Virus record (IMG/VR): IMGVR_UViG_3300032006_002011 | Coordinates: 1-64,000 of that record | Direction: 5' to 3' (one strand) | Source of the DNA: a virus | Length of the DNA stretch: 64,000 nt | Shown here: piece by piece, positions 58,288 to 64,000 of the stretch | Position numbering within the stretch: position 1 is the first letter of the stretch | Layout of the letters: the number at the start of each line of letters is the position of its first letter | Position numbers and translations under genes: made by a program | The notes under the pieces: generated by a model | What the model was told of the DNA's origin: nothing | The model's database searches: none | The model's input: the letters and a program-made list of their open reading frames with translations, nothing else

Positions 58288-59093
58288 ACATATTACTAAA
58301 AGACAAATCAGACCTCGGTGAAGTAGACAAGTTTATCCCCAATGCCCATGTTCTTGGAGCAATGCAAAAAGCAGACGGCATTCCAACCCAAGACATTAAA
58401 GTAATATCCACCAAGTTCAGCAAGGTGGGCAAGACCACCCTAGACAAATACCCAAACCTTGAGTGGGTTGTTCACAGAGGTCATGGGGTTGATTCGGTCA
58501 ACCTAAAGTTATGCAAACAACATAACGTGGGAGTCGTTGCAACAAGCCCAAACACAAACGGATGTGCTTACTGGATAAAGGATAAACTGATTGAGGGTGA
58601 TTGCGTTATATTCGGCAACGGAGTCATTTCCAAAAAAGTTCAAGGTATCGTTGAAGAAAATTTTGAAATTATAAATTCAAAGACGGATAGTGCAACAATT
58701 AAACAGATAGTGTCACTTCCCAATATCAAAAACATAATCACAACAGTACCGTTGAATGATTCCACAAAAAATATGTTTGATGCAGAATTGTTTGAAAACT
58801 GCAACTCGGTGAACTTTGTATCCATCAGTCGTGCGGAATGCCATGACAATTTAGCCTTGCTTTCTCTGATAAACGGTGGTAATATAGCATCCGCACATAT
58901 TGATACATTGGGAACAGAGTTAAGGGAAGAACTAATCGACACCGAAAAAGTTAAATACTACAATCACACCTCATGGGATTTCCTTGGGGAAAAGAACGAT
59001 CATAAAAAGTTGAGTGAGATTATCAACGATTGTTTGAATGACAAAGTAAGCAATGCAATTTTAGAAAGGCAAGAAAACAAATGGTTTCAGTAA
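58284..59093 (+). CDS. D-isomer-specific 2-hydroxyacid dehydrogenase-like protein (compact)
   Basis: PNLEWV...[40 protein letters not shown]. Confidence 0.75.
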   Translation: MNILLKDKSDLGEVDKFIPNAHVLGAMQKADGIPTQDIKVISTKFSKVGKTTLDKYPNLEWVVHRGHGVDSVNLKLCKQHNVGVVATSPNTNGCAYWIKDKLIEGDCVIFGNGVISKKVQGIVEENFEIINSKTDSATIKQIVSLPNIKNIITTVPLNDSTKNMFDAELFENCNSVNFVSISRAECHDNLALLSLINGGNIASAHIDTLGTELREELIDTEKVKYYNHTSWDFLGEKNDHKKLSEIINDCLNDKVSNAILERQENKWFQ

Positions 59094-60289
59094 AAGAAAA
59101 GAAGACACAGAAAGTCAAAGTCAAGGATGACATTTCAGATGAAGTTAAGGATGCGTTTAGGAAACACGCAAAGTTTTATCAGGAATACGATGTTCCACCA
59201 CAGTGGAAAGACCAACCCATTGCGTGTAAAGAACCCAACCTAGATCCATTTAAGAAAATTAATTGGAAGAACTTATGGGAAGCAGACCGAAAGGGAAGGT
59301 TGTTTTGGCACGAAGATGAAAACAATGAAATTGTATGGAGTTACATTTGTGCGGAAGCAAAGTCGAGTCGTGGTATCAAGGATATAGCAGAAGATGTCGT
59401 GGCAACCATCAAGGCAGGTGATTTGCAAATCTCACGATTCGCATATGCACCCGAATGGAAGCAAGAGTTAATTGATGACATTGAATCCAAACGTGAATTG
59501 GAAAACGACTTCTTCAACACCAAGAGAGACTTATTTTTTACAGACGTCAACATGGAACTTCAACAAGACAAAGATGTCTGCGAGGCACTAAATGCAACTT
59601 GGTTGAGTAGCAAGGTAACCGCAGTTGGATCGGAAGTCCGTGGTATTTGGTATGAAGGCGAATTGAAGCAACCCGGTGTATCCAAGTACGAAGACATCAA
59701 AATTAAAAAGATGAAACTATCTTCTATCAACAAAAAGGAATGTGCGGAACTTGTTCAAGAAATCAAAGATTACAAGGAAGCAGTTAATCCTTGGAGTTAT
59801 GATGGAATCAACGGAAACTACGGAGGACCAGAAAAGACTTGGTACACCATTGAAGTAGTTCCAATTAATCCCAATAGTGAAACTGACTATACGATTCTTG
59901 AGAAACTTCCCAAACTTGCCAAGATTGTAAACGAAATAACTTCAGTTGACAAATGCACTTGGTTGGTTATCACAAGAGTAGAACCAAAGAAGGGAGTCAT
60001 TCAACGGCATACCGACATTGGTCACGATAGTTGGGACTACCAAACCAAAAATGGTCCTAAACTTGGTCGTTCTCTGCGAGTACACTTCCCAATTCAAGTT
60101 GACGAAGATTGTGTATTCACTCAAGTTGGACTTGACGGAGAAACCGAAGACTTCCGTTTAAAGACGGGGGAATATTACTATATGGATAAACGCAAACCTC
60201 ACTGGGTTGTAAACAACTCCGAAGATTATAGGTTTCATGTAATCATGGATTTGGAGTGTGAACAAAAACACTTGGATGCTCTCCTTTAA
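59081..60289 (+). CDS. Unassigned (possibly GNAT-like) N-domain fused to an aspartyl/asparaginyl beta-hydroxylase-type 2OG-Fe(II) dioxygenase
   Basis: IQRHTD, RVHFPI, GEYYYMD...PHWVVN...RFHVIMD (HxD...H...R). Confidence 0.75.
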   Translation: MVSVKEKKTQKVKVKDDISDEVKDAFRKHAKFYQEYDVPPQWKDQPIACKEPNLDPFKKINWKNLWEADRKGRLFWHEDENNEIVWSYICAEAKSSRGIKDIAEDVVATIKAGDLQISRFAYAPEWKQELIDDIESKRELENDFFNTKRDLFFTDVNMELQQDKDVCEALNATWLSSKVTAVGSEVRGIWYEGELKQPGVSKYEDIKIKKMKLSSINKKECAELVQEIKDYKEAVNPWSYDGINGNYGGPEKTWYTIEVVPINPNSETDYTILEKLPKLAKIVNEITSVDKCTWLVITRVEPKKGVIQRHTDIGHDSWDYQTKNGPKLGRSLRVHFPIQVDEDCVFTQVGLDGETEDFRLKTGEYYYMDKRKPHWVVNNSEDYRFHVIMDLECEQKHLDALL

Positions 60290-61157
60290 TTTCAATACTC
60301 CCACCGAAGAATATTCTTGTGATGGTCGTTCTGTTTATGTAAAACGGGATGATTTGCTCAACGGAGATATGGACTTACCTCCTTGGGCAAAGATGGAAGG
60401 CATCCGCAGGGTACTTGAAAGTGGTGACCTAAACAAAGATATTCCAATTATACACTTATCAGTTCGTGTAAGTTATAGTGGTTGGGCATTGGCATATATA
60501 GGTCGTGAACTTGGGTTTGACATTAAGATTGCTTATCCAGATAGTAAGGACTACCCAAAAGAAGCACTTAAAAAGATAGAGAGTTTCGGTGCGGAAACGG
60601 TGCCAATTAAACCCAACCTACTTAGCATTGTGCTGAACCGAGTTAAGGCAATGGCAAAAGAAGAAGGATTTCAAATGATGCCGTATGCGTTTAATCACCC
60701 TGCTTATATTGATTATTTCCAAACAAGGATGCAAGATATATTAAAAGAAACAGATTTTGACCACCTTGTTATTAGTGGTGGTAGTGGGGTTACGGGTTCG
60801 GGTTTAATCCGTGGGTTTATGGACTTTGATAGTTTTTTCCCCAAGAAGAAAGTCCACATTATTTCTACTGCATCGGAGAATTCCATTGCAAACGTATTAA
60901 AGAAGTGGAACGCATATCACAGAAGCAACATCCGAATTCACGAAACCGAACATGATTTCTTTGATGACATGGATTGGTGCGAAGTTCCATTTCCGTGCAA
61001 CGGAAATTGGGATAAGAAAGCATGGATATGGTTACAAGAAAATGCTCGCAATTTAGACGGAAGCGTACTATTCTATAATCTTGGTGGACATAGTGCATCA
61101 TATTTTTGGAAAACACAAAATGAAGAAATACTTTTACGAGAAGAACAACCTAACTGA
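60276..61157 (+). CDS. PLP-dependent enzyme, fold type II (Trp synthase beta / ACC deaminase / cysteine synthase-like)
   Basis: VYVKRDDL...AK (PLP Lys), SYSGWALAY, SGGSGVTGSGL phosphate loop, DKKAW. Confidence 0.8.
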   Translation: MLSFNFNTPTEEYSCDGRSVYVKRDDLLNGDMDLPPWAKMEGIRRVLESGDLNKDIPIIHLSVRVSYSGWALAYIGRELGFDIKIAYPDSKDYPKEALKKIESFGAETVPIKPNLLSIVLNRVKAMAKEEGFQMMPYAFNHPAYIDYFQTRMQDILKETDFDHLVISGGSGVTGSGLIRGFMDFDSFFPKKKVHIISTASENSIANVLKKWNAYHRSNIRIHETEHDFFDDMDWCEVPFPCNGNWDKKAWIWLQENARNLDGSVLFYNLGGHSASYFWKTQNEEILLREEQPN

Positions 61158-62709
61158 GTGTAAGGTCAATATCACATTTCATGAACTTCTTCAGAAGAAC
61201 GGAGAAGAACTTGAACAATGGATAGACGAACTTAGAAACTATATCGTTGAGACATGGGATAAGCAGGGGTTACCACCAAGAACAGGTAAAAACGAAAAAG
61301 ACATCATCGCTCAGTTCAATAAACTTCAACGATACGACACCAAGAAGTTTCTACATAAAGATGAAATGGATGGAACTATGACCATCGTAAAGAACTTCAA
61401 TAAGTTTGCAACTGTCATTGACCAATTCTTTCCAACGATGCTCAAGACCAAAATTGGTTCAAGCAAACACACGTCTTGGAGTGTATATGATTGCTTTGCC
61501 AATCCAGAGAAACGAGAAAGTTTTCATACTTGCATGAGACGAACGATACGCAGAGATTCCTTTTTTGCTCATGGAAAAACGATAGGAAAAAACGATACCT
61601 CAGTTCCGTGTCCAACTGAAGATGGTGAGGAGTGGGTTAGGAACTTTGTCAAGGAAAAGGAACTTCACCCCGAGAACGACTTTTGGATTATTGAATTGTT
61701 CACCGAAAAGAAGTTTGACTCGTATGAAGAAAGTAGTTTGATGTTGACTGCAAAGCAAATCAAGAAATTGTACAAAGAAGGTTTACTCGAAACAAACAAC
61801 ATTAGAAATCTTGAACGAACCGCAAACTTCGGTGACGATATGGAAAACCTAAACGACACCATCATTGAAGATGAGAAGGAAGTTAATTTTAAATTCAGCA
61901 TTCGTTATTACGACAAGACTTCTCGTATTTTTCCTTCAGCAATGGAAGCATTCAAACTTGGGTTGAGTCAACCGGCGGTAAACTTTCCTCCTCTGACTGC
62001 AAAATATATATACCAGAAGTACACGGATCACGTGGACAACAAAGATGATATTACCATATATGATCCAAGTTCTGGGTGGGGTGGAAGAATTCTCGGTGCT
62101 ATGAGCATTGATGATAGGCAGATTCATTATGTTGGAACTGACCCAAATACCGACAACTATATTGATGAAATTGGAAAGTCTCGTTACGAATATGTTGCCG
62201 ACTTCTTCAATGAAAAGACCAATGGTGGTAATCCGTTCTTTGGCCATCGTAATACATATGATGTTTATCAAGACGGAAGTGAGGACATTCACAAGAACCC
62301 ACGATTTCAGAAATACAAAGGTAAACTTGATTTGGTTTTTACAAGTCCACCATATTTTAATCGTGAACAATACTCAGCTGACGAATCTCAGAGTTTCAAA
62401 AAGTTTCCTGAGTATGAAGATTGGAGAGACAACTTTCTTCGTCCCACGTTGAAAACCGCATCGGAATATCTAAAGCATGATCGTTATCTATTGTGGAACA
62501 TTGCGGATATCGGTGATGGGGATGGATTCATGCCACTTGAGCAAGATAGCAAAGATATTCTTGCGGAATACGGACTTGAGTATGTTGAAACTCTTAAGAT
62601 GCTTATGACAACAATGAGAGGAGTCAAGGCAGAACAGGTAAAGAATTGTTGCAAGATAAACGGAGAACTACAGAAGTACGAACCTATATTTGTGTTCTAC
62701 AAGAAGTGA
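61120..62709 (+). CDS. SAM-dependent amino-DNA methyltransferase-like protein (N4-C/N6-A type)
   Basis: YDPSSGWGGRILGA (motif I), YVGTDPN, DLVFTSPPYF (motif IV); start ATG 61120. Confidence 0.8.
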   Translation: MKKYFYEKNNLTECKVNITFHELLQKNGEELEQWIDELRNYIVETWDKQGLPPRTGKNEKDIIAQFNKLQRYDTKKFLHKDEMDGTMTIVKNFNKFATVIDQFFPTMLKTKIGSSKHTSWSVYDCFANPEKRESFHTCMRRTIRRDSFFAHGKTIGKNDTSVPCPTEDGEEWVRNFVKEKELHPENDFWIIELFTEKKFDSYEESSLMLTAKQIKKLYKEGLLETNNIRNLERTANFGDDMENLNDTIIEDEKEVNFKFSIRYYDKTSRIFPSAMEAFKLGLSQPAVNFPPLTAKYIYQKYTDHVDNKDDITIYDPSSGWGGRILGAMSIDDRQIHYVGTDPNTDNYIDEIGKSRYEYVADFFNEKTNGGNPFFGHRNTYDVYQDGSEDIHKNPRFQKYKGKLDLVFTSPPYFNREQYSADESQSFKKFPEYEDWRDNFLRPTLKTASEYLKHDRYLLWNIADIGDGDGFMPLEQDSKDILAEYGLEYVETLKMLMTTMRGVKAEQVKNCCKINGELQKYEPIFVFYKK

Positions 62710-64000
62710 TCACTCAGAAAACAATTCTATCTTTCCGTTTATACCACACGTGGCAAGTTTGATACCAAAAAACTTTTGCAGATAATCAAGTGCTTTTGCA
62801 CCTTGTTTCTTTATCCAGGCAAATGCCTTGGATACTCTCTCGGAAATCCAATTCCAAATCTTAACAAACCGGTCTTTAACTTTATTACTTACAGATGCGA
62901 TTCCATCTCGGACTTTCTTAATCATTTGCCATTCATTAAGATTTTGAAAACTCGATTCGGTTAAAAGTCGTTTTCCAAATTCGTCTTGCTCAAGACCTTG
63001 TTGGATGATTGTAGAAAAGGTTGGACATATCGCTGAAAAGTTTTTATTTTCCATTATCTGCTTTTGCATCCAAGCAGTAACCTTTTTTGGGTCTTGCTCC
63101 ATGTTCCCCCGAAGTGCCATATAAGGAGTGCTATTCCCACTTGTCTTGAATGACAAATAAAACTTGTATTGACTTGCAAGAGAAGAAATATCCTTTACGG
63201 TATTCATTTTATAATTTGATGTGATCTTACCACTATTGGTATCTATTTCCACCATAGTATCAGCACGACTCTCTGAAGAGTCACCAAACTTTACTGAACC
63301 AGTTGCGGCCTCAAACACAAATAAGTCTTTAAACTTTGCATCCGACAAAAACAGACGATTCATTTCAGACGTAATATACTTTCCATCCTCACGTGCTTGT
63401 TTAAGATTGTCAACGACTGGTTTTAGTTTTTTCATTTTCTTGGGGTCTGCCTCACTTGCCTTTATATCTTTTTCAAGAGAGTCTATGCTACCTCGGTAAC
63501 CACTTTCCGATAAATCAAGAACTGCGGTTTTGAATTTATCCAAGATTTTATTTACTTCACTTGGATAATTCTTGCCATACATTCTAACCGCCGCACCAAA
63601 CGTAGATGCAGCCTCTGCTTGCTTGGCACTCATTGCTTGAGAACCACCTGCTTTCTTTAATGAAATTTTCTTTGAACCACCCTTAATGTCAGTCTTGGGG
63701 GTTTTGTTCATTGTACCACTTCCATACTCCTTGAATATATCTCCCCACTCACCGGACACACCAGCACCACCCTTCCCACTACCTGTTTGTGAGATTGGAG
63801 AATATCCATTCTTCTTAAATGCAGACGCGAGTTTTTCAGCAATGTCTCTATTAAAATCATCATTCCAGAATCCCTTTCTCTCTATTCTACTCCATTCGTC
63901 TGGAACTTCTTTAGAAGGATCTTTCTTCTGAATAGTTGCAAGACCGATAGCAATCATTGCTTCCCAATCTTCACCACTTGGATTTCCACTACTGGCACCA
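62710..64000 (-). CDS. Hypothetical protein with a PD-(D/E)xK-like motif (partial, begins beyond the window)
   Basis: Frame open to the window edge (…GASSGNPSGEDWEAMIAIG); TPKTDI…KISLKK motif. Confidence 0.5.
   Translation of the reverse strand, partial: GASSGNPSGEDWEAMIAIGLATIQKKDPSKEVPDEWSRIERKGFWNDDFNRDIAEKLASAFKKNGYSPISQTGSGKGGAGVSGEWGDIFKEYGSGTMNKTPKTDIKGGSKKISLKKAGGSQAMSAKQAEAASTFGAAVRMYGKNYPSEVNKILDKFKTAVLDLSESGYRGSIDSLEKDIKASEADPKKMKKLKPVVDNLKQAREDGKYITSEMNRLFLSDAKFKDLFVFEAATGSVKFGDSSESRADTMVEIDTNSGKITSNYKMNTVKDISSLASQYKFYLSFKTSGNSTPYMALRGNMEQDPKKVTAWMQKQIMENKNFSAICPTFSTIIQQGLEQDEFGKRLLTESSFQNLNEWQMIKKVRDGIASVSNKVKDRFVKIWNWISERVSKAFAWIKKQGAKALDYLQKFFGIKLATCGINGKIELFSE

Noticed and set aside
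132-63931. Many short antisense or nested ORFs in the track (e.g. 132-536, 14999-15550, 30807-31358, 44036-44518, 51602-52114)
   Set aside because: They lie opposite or within well-supported genes and show no motifs or initiation signals
1-64000. Stop-codon reassignment as seen in some large phages
   Set aside because: ORFs up to 3721 aa are intact in code 11, and TAA, TAG and TGA all end genes at sensible boundaries; reading through TAG at 35068 gives no recognisable extension

Overview
A 64-kb, gene-dense segment of a large, probably aquatic, myovirus-type (contractile-tail) phage genome using the standard genetic code. Positions 1-43991 (minus strand) carry SbcD/Mre11-type nuclease, primase and RuvC-like genes, then a ~29-kb tail/baseplate module (2060-aa and 3721-aa repeat-rich proteins; gp6-, gp25- and gp5-like genes), a sigma-like factor, a membrane protein, Hsp20, an HD protein, a glycosyltransferase, fibre-like proteins and PhoH. 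Positions 44040-62709 (plus strand) carry a glycosyltransferase/nucleotide-sugar/sulfotransferase block, then a separately promoted, overlapping five-gene operon (AsnB-type amidotransferase, 2-hydroxyacid dehydrogenase, possible GNAT-like/2OG-Fe(II) dioxygenase fusion, PLP enzyme, amino-DNA methyltransferase). This operon is a candidate new DNA hypermodification pathway. Signals missed by the ORF track: (i) the SbcD nuclease is split into two polypeptides with a GT9 gene between them; (ii) an A10 run would join a membrane protein to a start-less -1-frame ORF with a (Thr-Pro)31 linker; (iii) a recurrent ATATTTAT upstream motif, near-leaderless sigma70 promoters, and twin bulged-G hairpins in the hsp20 leader. 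No tRNA, rRNA, CRISPR array or IS element was seen. All family calls come from motifs recognised by eye; no searches were run.
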